A DNA stretch of 64,000 nt from Phycisphaerae bacterium (GTDB taxonomy: Bacteria > Planctomycetota > Phycisphaerae > WQYP01): contig JBQCGD010000138.1 in the NCBI GenBank assembly GCA_051955985.1, positions 15,786 through 79,785 on the forward strand, in the 5' to 3' direction. Below, in pieces: positions 27,708 through 37,891 of this stretch. The stretch's first letter is position 1, and the number at the start of each line of letters is the position of its first letter. The notes beneath the pieces were generated by a model, which was given only the letters and a program-made list of their open reading frames with translations, did not search any database and had not been told where the DNA came from. A program made the position numbers and the translations under genes.

Positions 27708-29450
27708 TTAATGACCGCTCAAGGTCGTCACCCGCACCGGCAACTCCCCGCCAATTAACCCGGTCGAGCTCGCCGTGATCACGTAGTTCCCGCCCTGTGA
27801 AATCGACAGGCCGCGGAATATCGCCGCGCCGTGCGCCGCCGTCGCCGTTACGCGCCCGTTGAGTTCCCCCACGCCGCTCCCGCTCAAGGTCAACGTGACG
27901 ACCGGCGAAAACTTGGTCACCGGCTTTCCGTTCTGATCCAGAAGCCGGACCGTCACCGTGTTCTTCGCATTCACCAGCCACACCCGCGCGTTGCTGGTCA
28001 ACTCAAAATGCGGCGGCGGCTGGATCGCCCCCTGGCCGACGCTGAAATTTGCTGACACTGCCGTCGCGCCGATCCCCGTCGCCACCAGCCGATAGATGCC
28101 CGGCGTTTTCACCCGGATCCCCGCAAATGTCGCCACCCCATTGACCGCGGCCACTGATCCCACCACGCCCGCCGGCGCAAACTTCGTCCCCTGAAAGATC
28201 TGCAGCGTCAACGTCACTGTGTCGCGGGAGTTTTTCACCACCCGGCCTGCCGCATCCTGCACCAGCACACGAATCGGCTTCGGCTGCGCCGCTCCGATCG
28301 CCACGTTCGCCGGGTTGTTGGCAAAAGCGAGTTGGCTGGCCACGGTGGAAACGCCAAAGAGGATTCCGCGTCCCGCCGTGCCGCCGAGTTGCGACACGCC
28401 GAAGACGGTCCCGCTCGCGCTCACCGTCAGTCCCCCCGCCACGCCGAGGGGTGCGAAACTCTGCAGCACCACAGGCGTGGCACTTCCCACCGGCAGTTCC
28501 AGCAGCGTGTCGCCGCTGCCCGACGTTGCGGTGAAGAACAGATTCCCGGCGGCATCTTCCGTCAGGGAATTTCCCCCAACGGCCCCCGCCGGCACAACCC
28601 CGCTCAGATCCGCAAGCTGCACCACCCCCGCCCGCCCGTTCAAAATCTCCACCACCGACGTATCCGTTAGCGCAAACAAATTCCCGGCGCTGTCCACATG
28701 CACCGCACGCGGGTTCGGAAGCTCGGTGAGAATTGTCGGCTGACCGGCCCCCAGCGGATTCATCCGGAACACGTTGCCCTGCCCCAGGAAGTTCGCCACC
28801 GTCCCCGCCTGCGCCTCGCCGTAAATCGTTCCATTCGGGCCGAGCGCCACCGCTCCCGGCGTCTGGCCGTCGGTCAATCCGCGGAAGGCGTACAACTGCC
28901 GAAACACCCCGCCGGAAATCTGAAACACGTTGCCGAATCCCGTGCCCGCATCCGAGGTCGAACCAAAAAGATCCCCCGCCGCATCCACCGCCAGCGAACC
29001 GTTGGGCGATGTTCCCTCCCCTGGCGCAAACGCATGCAGTGTCGTCAGCACGCCGCTCTGCGGCTGAAATTCCCAGACGGTCCCCTGCCCGAATGCGCCG
29101 CCGGAGAGCGTCACGCCAAACAGATTGCCTTGGCCATCGATTGTGAGGAGCCCGCTGGGCAGCGATCCATCCGCACCGCCGGTAAAGGAATGGAGAATCG
29201 TCACCGCGTTTGTTCCAGCCGGAATTTCATAGAGCGTCCCGAGCGTTCTGGAACCGCCGGCCAGGGTGACGCCGAAAAGATCGCCCTGTGCGTCCGCCAC
29301 CACGCCGCCGGTGGGCGCATTCCCGTCCGTGCGCCCGCCCGCAAACGAATGCACCGTAAAAAAGTTGGCCGACAGGAGCGTGCGCCCCTCGAGACGCTCC
29401 ACCCCACAACACCCAGCAAACCGCCTCGCGCGCCATTTCTTCGTAAGCAC
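27708..29450 (-). CDS. Secreted protein with LEPR-XLL motif, GloVer-type beta-propeller repeats and C-terminal Ig-like modules
   Basis: VERLEGRTLLS; repeated DG..P.G.L..D..GNLFG.T..GG...GT; LAFANNP/VTLTL/ATF.GL repeats; start approximate. Confidence 0.8.
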   Translation of the reverse strand: MLTKKWRARRFAGCCGVERLEGRTLLSANFFTVHSFAGGRTDGNAPTGGVVADAQGDLFGVTLAGGSRTLGTLYEIPAGTNAVTILHSFTGGADGSLPSGLLTIDGQGNLFGVTLSGGAFGQGTVWEFQPQSGVLTTLHAFAPGEGTSPNGSLAVDAAGDLFGSTSDAGTGFGNVFQISGGVFRQLYAFRGLTDGQTPGAVALGPNGTIYGEAQAGTVANFLGQGNVFRMNPLGAGQPTILTELPNPRAVHVDSAGNLFALTDTSVVEILNGRAGVVQLADLSGVVPAGAVGGNSLTEDAAGNLFFTATSGSGDTLLELPVGSATPVVLQSFAPLGVAGGLTVSASGTVFGVSQLGGTAGRGILFGVSTVASQLAFANNPANVAIGAAQPKPIRVLVQDAAGRVVKNSRDTVTLTLQIFQGTKFAPAGVVGSVAAVNGVATFAGIRVKTPGIYRLVATGIGATAVSANFSVGQGAIQPPPHFELTSNARVWLVNAKNTVTVRLLDQNGKPVTKFSPVVTLTLSGSGVGELNGRVTATAAHGAAIFRGLSISQGGNYVITASSTGLIGGELPVRVTTLSGH

Positions 29451-29605
29451 AGTTGTCTCCTGAAATCCGAGGCCACCCCGCCACGCCGACTCTTCTTCAA
29501 GCCTACCTCCGATTCTCGGACAGTCAAAAAGCGTTGTGTCGGCCAAAAGCACGATTCCAGCCGCACCCCCCCCGTTATTACCGGAACTTCGCCTATACTG
29601 ACCGC

Positions 29606-30025
29606 ATGTCCGCCATCCACAACTATCCTGTTACCGCGCCCCCTACCGCGATTGACGCCAACGGCCACGTCAACAACATTGAATACCTCCGCTGGTTTCA
29701 GGAGGCTGCCATTTCCCACGCCGATACCACCGGCTGCACCGCCGCCACCGTCGCCCTGGGCGCTTCCTGGGTGGTCCGCTCGCACCAGATCACCTACCTG
29801 CGCCCCGCATTCGCCGGCGATCGGCTGGAGGTGAAAACCTGGGTCGCCACCTTCGAAAAAGTCTCCTCCATCCGGCGTTACGAAATCCTGCGCCCCGCGG
29901 ACAATGCCATCCTGGCCCAGGGCGAAACCAACTGGGTGTTCATCGACGCCGCGACCGCCCGCCCCCGCCGCATCCCGCCGGAAGTCTCCTCCCTCTTCAC
30001 GCTCCATTCTCCCGAAACGCCCTGA
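29606..30025 (+). CDS. Acyl-CoA thioesterase (4HBT/YbgC family)
   Basis: IDANGHVNNIEYLRW, WVVRSHQITYLRPA. Confidence 0.9.
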   Translation: MSAIHNYPVTAPPTAIDANGHVNNIEYLRWFQEAAISHADTTGCTAATVALGASWVVRSHQITYLRPAFAGDRLEVKTWVATFEKVSSIRRYEILRPADNAILAQGETNWVFIDAATARPRRIPPEVSSLFTLHSPETP

Positions 30026-30085
30026 CCTCGCACATCCCCCGCCGCTCCTCTATACTTCTCCCAAGCCCGAACGGAGTCCTCATCC

Positions 30086-30490
30086 ATGCCCAAGTTCATT
30101 GTCGAATCCATCGAAAACAACCAGATCACCCTCGCCGCCCCACCGACGAATTACCGCAATACCTTCATTCTGAAATCTGAGAATTCCGCTGCCGTCACCG
30201 TCGGTGAGCGCGTCCGTGGCACCATCCATGCCCCTGCCTGGAAGGTTGATCGTGTCGATCTTGGCGGCAATTACGTCGAGCCCCTCTTCGGCCGCCCGCG
30301 CCGCATGCAGGGAACCATCCTCTCCGTGAACGCCGCCACCAATGAACTCACCGTCCAGGTCGGCTACGAAGTGACCGTCAAACTTCCCCAGCGCTACAAG
30401 GCCGCCGATTTTCTGCCCGGCCAGCGCGTCGGCTGGGACAATGTCGAAATTCCCCTCTTCGAACCCGTGGCCGTGCCCGCCCGCGCCTGA
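30086..30490 (+). CDS. Hypothetical beta-rich protein
   Basis: 134 aa ORF with RBS-like ggag; codon usage matches neighbours; in an operon with the next gene. Confidence 0.7.
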   Translation: MPKFIVESIENNQITLAAPPTNYRNTFILKSENSAAVTVGERVRGTIHAPAWKVDRVDLGGNYVEPLFGRPRRMQGTILSVNAATNELTVQVGYEVTVKLPQRYKAADFLPGQRVGWDNVEIPLFEPVAVPARA

Positions 30491-30504
30491 TCCGGAGCCT
30501 CGCC

Positions 30505-31110
30505 GTGGCCGATCCTCGACCAACATTCATTTCCCCCGATACCCAGCGTTCTCATCGCATTCCGCCGGGGCAGTCGGAAACCAGAAAGTGGCCCGTGTTG
30601 CACTACGGTGACGTGCCGCGCGTCAACCTCGCTCACTGGGATTTCACCATTTCCGGCCTCGTCGACGCCGAAGTGAAGCTGAACTGGGAGCAGTTCCGGC
30701 AGTTGCCCTGGGTCGATGTTCACTGCGACATCCACTGCGTTACCCGCTGGTCGCGTCTGAACAACATGTTCAGCGGTCCCGCCACCCGCACGATTCTCAA
30801 CCTCGCCAGGCCCAAGCCCGGCGCGAAGTTTGTCCTCGTGCATTGCGAGCAGGGCTTCACCACCAATCTCCCGATCGACGAATTCCTCCACGACGATTGC
30901 GTCTTCGCCATCGAACACGACGGACAACCCCTCACGCCCGACCATGGCTACCCCGTGCGCCTCGTCGTGCCGAAGCTCTATTTCTGGAAATCCGCGAAGT
31001 GGGTCCGCGGTATCGAACTGCTCGACCACGATACCCCCGGCTTCTGGGAGCAAAACGGCTATCACATGCACGGTGATCCCTGGACCGAAGAACGTCACTC
31101 GTGGGAGTGA
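30505..31110 (+). CDS. Sulfite-oxidase-like molybdopterin-binding oxidoreductase (YuiH-like)
   Basis: RIPPGQ, WPVLHYG, DIHCVTRWS, HGYPVRLVVP.LYFWKSAKW, GFWE.NGYH..GDPW.EER. Confidence 0.9.
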   Translation: MADPRPTFISPDTQRSHRIPPGQSETRKWPVLHYGDVPRVNLAHWDFTISGLVDAEVKLNWEQFRQLPWVDVHCDIHCVTRWSRLNNMFSGPATRTILNLARPKPGAKFVLVHCEQGFTTNLPIDEFLHDDCVFAIEHDGQPLTPDHGYPVRLVVPKLYFWKSAKWVRGIELLDHDTPGFWEQNGYHMHGDPWTEERHSWE

Positions 31111-31138
31111 GCGGCGCTTCGCGGAGGAGACTCGTTCC

Positions 31139-31540
31139 TTGCGGAAAATCCTTGTACTGCTTCTGTCCTTTTGCTGCGTTGCCTGCAGCGAGTACGGCTA
31201 CCGATTCCGGGCACACCCGGATAGTTCGTTCCGCCAGGTCTATGCCGACTACAAGGTCCACGGCGACACTGTCGATATACTCGTGGACACCAACGGCGCC
31301 AGGCTGCAAACGATCTACGCCGTCAAACAGGACACCATGCGCGCCGACCCCAAAAGCATCAGCTACCCGCCCTTTTCCGACCAGATGATGCCCAGCGGCG
31401 GGTACATGATCCACGGACCTTCCTTCGCCCGCGGGCCCACCGTCGCCCATTTCGCCAAGGCCGACCTTGGCCCCGCCCCCTGGGAACTCCATCTGGCCGT
31501 GGAAGGTTTCAAGCCCATGACCGTCGAGGTCGGACCGTAA
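31139..31540 (+). CDS. Hypothetical lipoprotein
   Basis: TTG start after ggagga; lipobox-like CCVAC. Confidence 0.65.
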   Translation: MRKILVLLLSFCCVACSEYGYRFRAHPDSSFRQVYADYKVHGDTVDILVDTNGARLQTIYAVKQDTMRADPKSISYPPFSDQMMPSGGYMIHGPSFARGPTVAHFAKADLGPAPWELHLAVEGFKPMTVEVGP

Positions 31541-31586
31541 CGCCATCGCCCCTTTCCCCCGGCATTCCTTACACAGGCAAAAACAA

Positions 31587-31614
31587 CCGGAGCTTCCCAG
31601 GCGGGAAGCTCCGG
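31587..31614. terminator. Hairpin terminator between convergent genes
   Basis: ccggagcttccc-aggc-gggaagctccgg, flanked by aaaaacaa and ctcgttttg. Confidence 0.75.
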
Positions 31615-31644
31615 CTCGTTTTGCACTGACCGCTTGAAGGTCGA

Positions 31645-33114
31645 TCAGAACTTCAATTGGAACTGCAGGCGGAAAATCATGTCCTGCGTGTTGATCGCCG
31701 TGTCGGCCGTCGAGCTGTTGAACGCCGCTTCGTTCGGCACGTACGAGCCTTCCGCCTGGATCTTCGCGTTGTTGCCGTACATGTAGTAGTTCAGGCCCAG
31801 GGAGTATTCCTCCATCCGGTTCGGCCCGCCTTCGGTCAGCAACTGGCCCGCGCGGCCCCACACTTCCCACTGCGGGGCGAAGACATAGCCGACCTGGCCG
31901 TAGTAGCCCAGTTCGAAGAAGCTCGACTTGCTCCCGTAGCCCGAAGGCACGGTCACGCCCGCGCCGGGGTTCTCGTTGATCTGCTGGATGAACGACGCGC
32001 CCGTGACCGACAGGCCCCGCCACTTGATTTCGCTGTCGACGGTGCCCCGGTAGAGGTCGCCGTTCAGCGGGTAGCCGCCGACAAAGCCGGGGCTCGGGTT
32101 GCTCGAAAGGCCCGGCAGGCTGTTGTTGCCCTGCGAGCCGGGGAAGGCGTTGCTGCTCGCGTTCGCCGATTCGTAACCCGCGGCCGCGCCGATTTCCCAT
32201 GCCAGGTTGCTCTTGTCCTTGCGGAGGTCCGCTTCGTCGTTGAAGTCGGCCAGCGTGCCGCCGCCAACATATTCCGTCCGCCCGTAAAAGGCGAGGCGGT
32301 TGTCATTCTTCCCGCCGATTTCCGCCGCACGCCCCGCCGTGTTCGACTTCTGACCGTTGTTCACGTTCACTTCATACATCCAGTGATCCTTCACCGGCTG
32401 CCCGAAGACGCTCACGCCCAGGCTGCGCACCGGGTCGAACGCGTTGAACAGGATCGGGAAGTCCGTCCCTTCCAGGCCGGACGAAATGTATTCCAAACGA
32501 GAGTAAGGAGTGAGGAACGAACCGGCCCGCACGTTCAACAGATCGTTGAAGCGGTAGGCCATGTAGATGTCCAGGGTCTGGAAGTTGTTGTTGTTTCCGG
32601 AATCGCCGGCAAAGTCGCCGGAGATCATGTATGAAAGGTTTGGGCTGAACGCATTGCCCGAGAAGATTAAGCGCGCCCGGCGGAAATCAAAGCCGTTCGC
32701 GTCGCCGTGCTTCGGCGTGGAGCTGAACGCCCCGCCGTTGTGGGCTTCGTCGTGGGCGTACGTGTAGCGGAACTGCAGGTAGCCGTTCGCCTGGAACTTG
32801 AAGTTCTTGTCCGGGGTCTGCAGGTAGAACCCGTTCTTGTAGCCGAAGTTGTCGCCATCGGCGAACTGGCTGCGGGTCTTGGCGTCGGCGATAGTCTGCT
32901 CGACGATCGCGCGAACCTGGTTGGCGCGTTCCTGCGTCATCCAGTTCTGGTTTTCTTTCTGTTCCAGATCCGCAACCCGCGCCCGCAGGGCCTTGAGTTC
33001 CGCGGAGACCGATTCGTTCGTCGCCGGATCTTCTGCAAAAGCGCCCGACGTCACCACAAGCACCAGCGTCGCTGCTGCTAGAGCAGCACGCCCGGACCAA
33101 AAACCACTAGGCAT
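31645..33114 (-). CDS. Outer-membrane porin, OprO/OprP (phosphate-selective)-like
   Basis: Signal peptide, coiled-coil N-domain, GFYLQTPD..FKF, FDFRRARL.FSG, C-terminal RLQFQLKF. Confidence 0.75.
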   Translation of the reverse strand: MPSGFWSGRAALAAATLVLVVTSGAFAEDPATNESVSAELKALRARVADLEQKENQNWMTQERANQVRAIVEQTIADAKTRSQFADGDNFGYKNGFYLQTPDKNFKFQANGYLQFRYTYAHDEAHNGGAFSSTPKHGDANGFDFRRARLIFSGNAFSPNLSYMISGDFAGDSGNNNNFQTLDIYMAYRFNDLLNVRAGSFLTPYSRLEYISSGLEGTDFPILFNAFDPVRSLGVSVFGQPVKDHWMYEVNVNNGQKSNTAGRAAEIGGKNDNRLAFYGRTEYVGGGTLADFNDEADLRKDKSNLAWEIGAAAGYESANASSNAFPGSQGNNSLPGLSSNPSPGFVGGYPLNGDLYRGTVDSEIKWRGLSVTGASFIQQINENPGAGVTVPSGYGSKSSFFELGYYGQVGYVFAPQWEVWGRAGQLLTEGGPNRMEEYSLGLNYYMYGNNAKIQAEGSYVPNEAAFNSSTADTAINTQDMIFRLQFQLKF

Positions 33115-33204
33115 TTCATGCCTCCCAACGAGTTTCCTTCCCAGCCGAAAAGTAGCCGGTGACAAATACCCGGCCCGGTGGAGGTGCGAACGATAACGCG
33201 GGAT

Positions 33205-33244
33205 TGTAAAGAGCCCGTTAAGAACGTGTAAAGCGAATGTGCAA
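33205..33244 (-). promoter_or_regulatory. Pho-box-like array: four 7-mers with exact 11-bp period
   Basis: Minus strand ttgcaca-ttcg-ctttaca-cgtt-cttaacg-ggct-ctttaca, about 90 nt upstream of the porin ATG. Confidence 0.55.
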
Positions 33245-33367
33245 TAAAACAAAACCTCCCCTTTACTTTTTCACCCCCTGTCGCAATCACTGGAATGGAT
33301 GCATTCAAAGCGACGGCACCCCCCGAAATAGTCATACGGAAAACCCCTATGACCCCGCAACCGCCCA

Positions 33368-33441
33368 CGCGCTCGGAGGGACTCGAACCCCCAACCGCCT
33401 GGTTCGAAGCCAGGAACTCTATCCAATTGAGCTACGAGCGC
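33368..33441 (-). tRNA. tRNA-Arg (anticodon UCG), CCA not encoded
   Basis: GCGCTCG/CGAGCGC acceptor stem, D arm gctc-aattggata-gagt, anticodon arm cctgg-ctTCGaa-ccagg, T arm ggggg-ttcgagt-ccctc. Confidence 0.95.
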
Positions 33442-33469
33442 AACACCCCAGCAGTCTAACCCCCGCCCC

Positions 33470-34513
33470 TTACCGGTCAAACTGCGCATCAAAGACAATG
33501 TCACTGCGCTCAAAGTCCGCCCGCCGAACAAACTCCGCCGCTTCCCGAGCCCCATGCTCCCGGTTCATGTTTTGATCCTCCCACTCCACCGACAGAGGAC
33601 CCTTGTACCCCGCAAAGTTCAATGCCCGGATCACTTCCTCAAAATTCACGCTCCCATGCCCCAGCGACCGGAATTCCCAATACCTTTCCGGGTCCCCGAA
33701 GGGCAAATGCCCGCCAAACACCCCCGAACGCCGCGGGAACGGGCTCTTCCACGCGTCCTTCATATGCACGTGATAGATCCGCTTCGCAAACTCCCGGATG
33801 AACCCCACGTACGCCACCCCCTGGTACACGAGATGCGACGGATCGTAATTGAACCCAAATGCCTCGCGATGCTTCAGCGCCTCCAGCGCCCGATGCGCCG
33901 ACACAATATCAAACGCAATCTCCGTCGGATGCACCTCCAGCCCGAACTTCACCTCATGCTCATCAAACACATCCAGGATCGGATTCCACCGCTTTGCAAA
34001 ATCCGCATACCCCGCATCCAGTTGCCCTGGCAGCACCGGCGGAAACGAATAAGCCAGATGCCAGATCGACGACCCCGTGAACCCGTTCACCACCACCCGG
34101 TGCAGTTCAGACTTGACCTCCTTCGGCGCCGCATCAAAAAACCGCCGCGCCGCCCGCGCGGTCTTCTTCATCTCCTCCGCCGCCCGCTGCCGCACCCCCT
34201 CCGGCTTCCCATCGCCCCACACATGCTCCGGCAGAATCTGCTGATGCCGCGCATCAATATTGTCACAAATGCATTGCCCCACCAGGTGCGACGACACCGC
34301 AAGGCACTTCAACCCCGCCTTTTGCAGCATCGCCCACCGCTTCTTGATGTAGTTCGCCCCCGCCTTCCCATCCAGAATCTTGTCCACCTCAAAATGATCC
34401 CCCCAGCAGCAAAGTTCCACCCCGTCATACCCAAACGACTTCACTTTCCTGCAAAGCGTCTCAAACGGGAGGTCAGCCCACTGTCCGGTGAAAAGCGTAA
34501 CGGGTCGTGCCAT
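33470..34513 (-). CDS. Sugar phosphate isomerase/epimerase (xylose-isomerase-like TIM barrel)
   Basis: [47 protein letters not shown]. Confidence 0.9.
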   Translation of the reverse strand: MARPVTLFTGQWADLPFETLCRKVKSFGYDGVELCCWGDHFEVDKILDGKAGANYIKKRWAMLQKAGLKCLAVSSHLVGQCICDNIDARHQQILPEHVWGDGKPEGVRQRAAEEMKKTARAARRFFDAAPKEVKSELHRVVVNGFTGSSIWHLAYSFPPVLPGQLDAGYADFAKRWNPILDVFDEHEVKFGLEVHPTEIAFDIVSAHRALEALKHREAFGFNYDPSHLVYQGVAYVGFIREFAKRIYHVHMKDAWKSPFPRRSGVFGGHLPFGDPERYWEFRSLGHGSVNFEEVIRALNFAGYKGPLSVEWEDQNMNREHGAREAAEFVRRADFERSDIVFDAQFDR

Positions 34514-34779
34514 GCGCATCTCCTCACAAACGGCCGACGCATGATACGCCGCAAAAAATCCGCCGACAATTCCCGGCGAGGGAACGCAAAACAAAACATA
34601 AAAAACGCGGGAAGCGGAAGTTCCGGTCGGCGGTTCGACCTGCGGCGAGAGGGTGCACTTGTTTGGTCTCACCTCGGTTTTCCATGGTGCGGAGCGTGCG
34701 GGGATGCCACGGCGTCCACGGGCGCAATTTCCGTTTGTCGAATGGGCGGATCGCTTTCAAGAACATTAAAAGAATTTAT

Positions 34780-34841
34780 TTGCCAACTCCCAAATCGACA
34801 GTATGCTGAGGTAAACGATTACCTAAATCTCGTATTTAGGT
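34780..34841 (+). promoter_or_regulatory. Sigma70-like promoter with two overlapping palindromic operator candidates
   Basis: TTGCCA-16 nt-TATGCT (34780-34807); aggtaa-acga-ttacct (34809-34824); acctaaat-ctcgt-atttaggt (34821-34841). Confidence 0.5.
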
Positions 34842-34926
34842 GGCCCCGGACAAGGACGGCGACTGATCGCCGTCCCCCGGCTCATTTCATCGCGCGGCGG
34901 TCAACTCACTTTTTGGGGAGGAGCTT

Positions 34927-36615
34927 ATGGCTCTCGTTCGGCGTTTTTCGCCCTTCGTCGTGGCCGCTGTCATCAGCGCTGCGGCTGGTACTTCACCCGC
35001 TCTTGCCGTCGTCATTGGCAGTTGGGAGCAGAGCTCCGAAGGCTGGTTCGACTGGGCCGCCGGCGGTACAACCCTCCCTTCCAACTACAGCTTCAGCACC
35101 GTCGGGGCGACGCTCGGCACCTCCAGCCTCGCTTTCAATCCGACCTCCCCCCCCGCCGGCTGGTCTTACGGCACCGGCTATTATCAGGCCCTGGCTGTCT
35201 CCCTGGGAGACCAGACCGACGGCAACGGCGTGAACGAGATCACGGATTTTCTCAACAACACCAAGTTCTCAGTAGATGTCGCCTATGACGCCTCCCAATG
35301 GACCGGCGCAACCTATGCAACGCTGAACCTGATCGTCAACGCACCCGGGTGGGGATTTACGCAACTGCCCCAGTCCACGATCACCGACAGCGGAAACTCG
35401 GGATATCCAGGCGGCTGGGACCCGACGAATTACCCGGGCGTCACGCAGCGCACAATCAGTTGGGATTATTCGTCGGTCCTGTCCGCCCTCGCAGGGACCC
35501 CAGGGTATGTCCAGTTGATTCTGCTCTCCAGTACCGATGGCACCGCCGGCGTCGAATACTTCGACAACGCCCAGTTGACCGGCGGCGCAACCGGGCCGGC
35601 AAATCTCACCTGGAACAACAACGGCGCCACCGGCGACGGCGTCACCTGGGACACCGCCGTGAATCAGAACTGGAACAATGGATCGAGCCCCGCCCAGTTC
35701 CACGCCGGCGACACCATCACTTTCAACGACACAAACAACGGCCATTATTCCATCACTATCACCGGCTCGAATGCCCCCGCGGCCGTCACCGTCAACAATT
35801 CTCAAGGCAATTACGTCTTTTCCGGCACCGGCGCGATCAGCGGCGCAACCACCCTCACCAAATCCGGATCCAGTTCGCTCACGATCGGCAATGCCAATAC
35901 CTACACCGGCGGCACGATCGTCAGCGGCGGAACCGTGATCGTCGCGGATTCCGCAGCACTTGGTTCGGGCTCACTGACAATTCATAACGGTGGCACCGTC
36001 CAACTGCAGGCGGGACTTCCGACTGCCGTGCTTCTCCCCGCTGTGCAATTCGATGGAAGTGCCGGCGCCTGGCAGGGAACGCTGGACCTCACCAGCGACA
36101 AGCTCGTTGTGCAAGATTCCGCAACTCACGCCGCCACGCTGGCCGCGCTGCAGAACCAGGTCGTCTTCGGAAGAACAAACACCACCGGCATCCTCAGCAC
36201 CGCCCTTCCGGCGCATTCCGCGATTGCGGTGATTGACAACGGCGCACTTCCACAGCCTCTTACGATGTTCGGCGGCGTGGGGGTCGACGGCAACTCCATC
36301 CTGCTGACCGTGGCGCTTCTGGGCGATGCGAACGTCGATGGAAAAGTCGATCTCACCGATCTTTCCACCGTGCTCAACAACTTCGGTACGACCACGCCCA
36401 ACTGGACATCGGGAAATTTCGACGGAGCCGCGACCATCGATCTGACGGACCTCTCCGACGTCCTCAATAATTTTGGACTCACCTCTCCGAGTCCCACCGC
36501 GGCCAGCTTCGCTTCCGCGGCGACAGCTGCGCCCGAACCCGCCTCGCTTGCAGCCCTGATGCTGGCGACGCCAATCCTCCTCAAACGGCGCAACCGCCTC
36601 ACGAAGATCAGGTGA
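34927..36615 (+). CDS. PEP-CTERM surface protein with autotransporter-associated beta-strand repeat and dockerin-like motifs
   Basis: Signal peptide; LTKSGSSSLTIGNANTYTGGT; GDANVDGKVDLTDL and GNFDGAATIDLTDL; APEPASL...LLKRR. Confidence 0.9.
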   Translation: MALVRRFSPFVVAAVISAAAGTSPALAVVIGSWEQSSEGWFDWAAGGTTLPSNYSFSTVGATLGTSSLAFNPTSPPAGWSYGTGYYQALAVSLGDQTDGNGVNEITDFLNNTKFSVDVAYDASQWTGATYATLNLIVNAPGWGFTQLPQSTITDSGNSGYPGGWDPTNYPGVTQRTISWDYSSVLSALAGTPGYVQLILLSSTDGTAGVEYFDNAQLTGGATGPANLTWNNNGATGDGVTWDTAVNQNWNNGSSPAQFHAGDTITFNDTNNGHYSITITGSNAPAAVTVNNSQGNYVFSGTGAISGATTLTKSGSSSLTIGNANTYTGGTIVSGGTVIVADSAALGSGSLTIHNGGTVQLQAGLPTAVLLPAVQFDGSAGAWQGTLDLTSDKLVVQDSATHAATLAALQNQVVFGRTNTTGILSTALPAHSAIAVIDNGALPQPLTMFGGVGVDGNSILLTVALLGDANVDGKVDLTDLSTVLNNFGTTTPNWTSGNFDGAATIDLTDLSDVLNNFGLTSPSPTAASFASAATAAPEPASLAALMLATPILLKRRNRLTKIR

Positions 36616-36674
36616 GCGCAGCCTCAATTGAAAACAGGTGAGCGACGCAGCCGTCGCTCACCTGCTTTTTTGCA

Positions 36675-37250
36675 TCACACCCGCGGCACCCACTCATCCT
36701 GGAACGTCGCGTACATCCACGAATCCACGTACGCTCCGCCCCGATGGCAATACCGCCGAAGCATCGCCTCCGGCTTCAGCCCCAGCTTCCGCATCACGCT
36801 CCCCGATGCCGGGTTGCTCACGTGATGCATCGCCTCCACGCGGTTCAATCCCCACTCGAAGAACAGCATCTCCATGATCCGCGCCGCAGCCTCCGTGCAG
36901 TATCCCTTCCCCCAGTGCGGCACATCCAACCAGTACCACAACGCCGCCCGCGCGTGATACAACTGCATCTTCGCCCCCACCGCGCCGATCCGCTCGCTGC
37001 TTTCGCGCCTTCGCACGATGTACCCGAACCCCTCCCCTTCTTCGACGTAGCGCCGCAGCCGGTTCCGCACGTAATCCGCGGCCTTCCCTTCCGGGTACGG
37101 CACCAGCATCCCCATCCCCAGCGCAATTCGCGGATCGCTTGAACACCGCTGCAGAAACTCAATGTCCTCCTCGCCGATGGGCGTCAACTGCAGCCGCGAC
37201 GTTTCCAGTTCTTTCAGTTGCAACGGCGGCTGCACCAGCGTCACACACAT
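36675..37250 (-). CDS. GNAT N-acetyltransferase, RimJ/RimL family (copy 2)
   Basis: LETSRLQLTP, WLDVPHWGKGYCTEA, NPASGSVMRKLG. Confidence 0.9.
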   Translation of the reverse strand: MCVTLVQPPLQLKELETSRLQLTPIGEEDIEFLQRCSSDPRIALGMGMLVPYPEGKAADYVRNRLRRYVEEGEGFGYIVRRRESSERIGAVGAKMQLYHARAALWYWLDVPHWGKGYCTEAAARIMEMLFFEWGLNRVEAMHHVSNPASGSVMRKLGLKPEAMLRRYCHRGGAYVDSWMYATFQDEWVPRV

Positions 37251-37891
37251 GATGCCACCTCCAGGGGAACACCCCGTCTCGCCCGCAGGCCGCTGTACCG
37301 CCGCACCCGCCATTCTTCGTGCAGAATGCTGTAGGCAACGACGTCGAGATAGTGATTCCACTTCTGATGAAACTGCCGCAGCACCCCTTCCTTCGTCATC
37401 CCGAGCTTTTCCATCACGCGCCCGGATGCTGGATTGTGCGCAAAATGCTCGGCGCCGATGCGATTCATCCCCAGCCGCGTGAACCCGTATCCCAGCACCG
37501 CATTCGCCGCTTCGGTGGCAAAGCCCTTGTTCCAATAGGGCACGCCGATCCAGTAGCCCAGGATGCCGCGCGCATGGGTGGGATCGCCCTGCTGCTCAAC
37601 GCTCACCAGTCCAATCAGGTGGCCGGTGTCCGTGGGATCCTTCTCCCGTCCCGGCGTGCGCGTGCCGGCAAGGGTCACCCCGAAGTGAAACGCCACGCCC
37701 TGCTCCGCAAACGCGGGCAGCCGTTCGATCCACTTCTCTGCCGCGCCGTCCGGGTACGGATGCGGAATCCGCGCCGTCATCGCCGCAACTCGACGATCCC
37801 CCGCAAGGTGCTGAACGCGCTTCGCATCGGCCAGCGTGAGCGGCCGGAGACAGAGGCGGGGGGTGTAGAGGGTTGCGGGGGTCGGGGGCAT
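37241..37891 (-). CDS. GNAT N-acetyltransferase, RimJ/RimL family (copy 1)
   Basis: LYTPRLCLRPL, GYWIGVPYWNKGFATEA, NPASGRVMEKLGM; RBS aggag; overlaps the next GNAT by 10 nt. Confidence 0.92.
   Translation of the reverse strand: MPPTPATLYTPRLCLRPLTLADAKRVQHLAGDRRVAAMTARIPHPYPDGAAEKWIERLPAFAEQGVAFHFGVTLAGTRTPGREKDPTDTGHLIGLVSVEQQGDPTHARGILGYWIGVPYWNKGFATEAANAVLGYGFTRLGMNRIGAEHFAHNPASGRVMEKLGMTKEGVLRQFHQKWNHYLDVVAYSILHEEWRVRRYSGLRARRGVPLEVASCV

Noticed and set aside
33114-33470. Genomic island at tRNA-Arg
   Set aside because: No integrase and no duplicated tRNA 3' end seen in the window.
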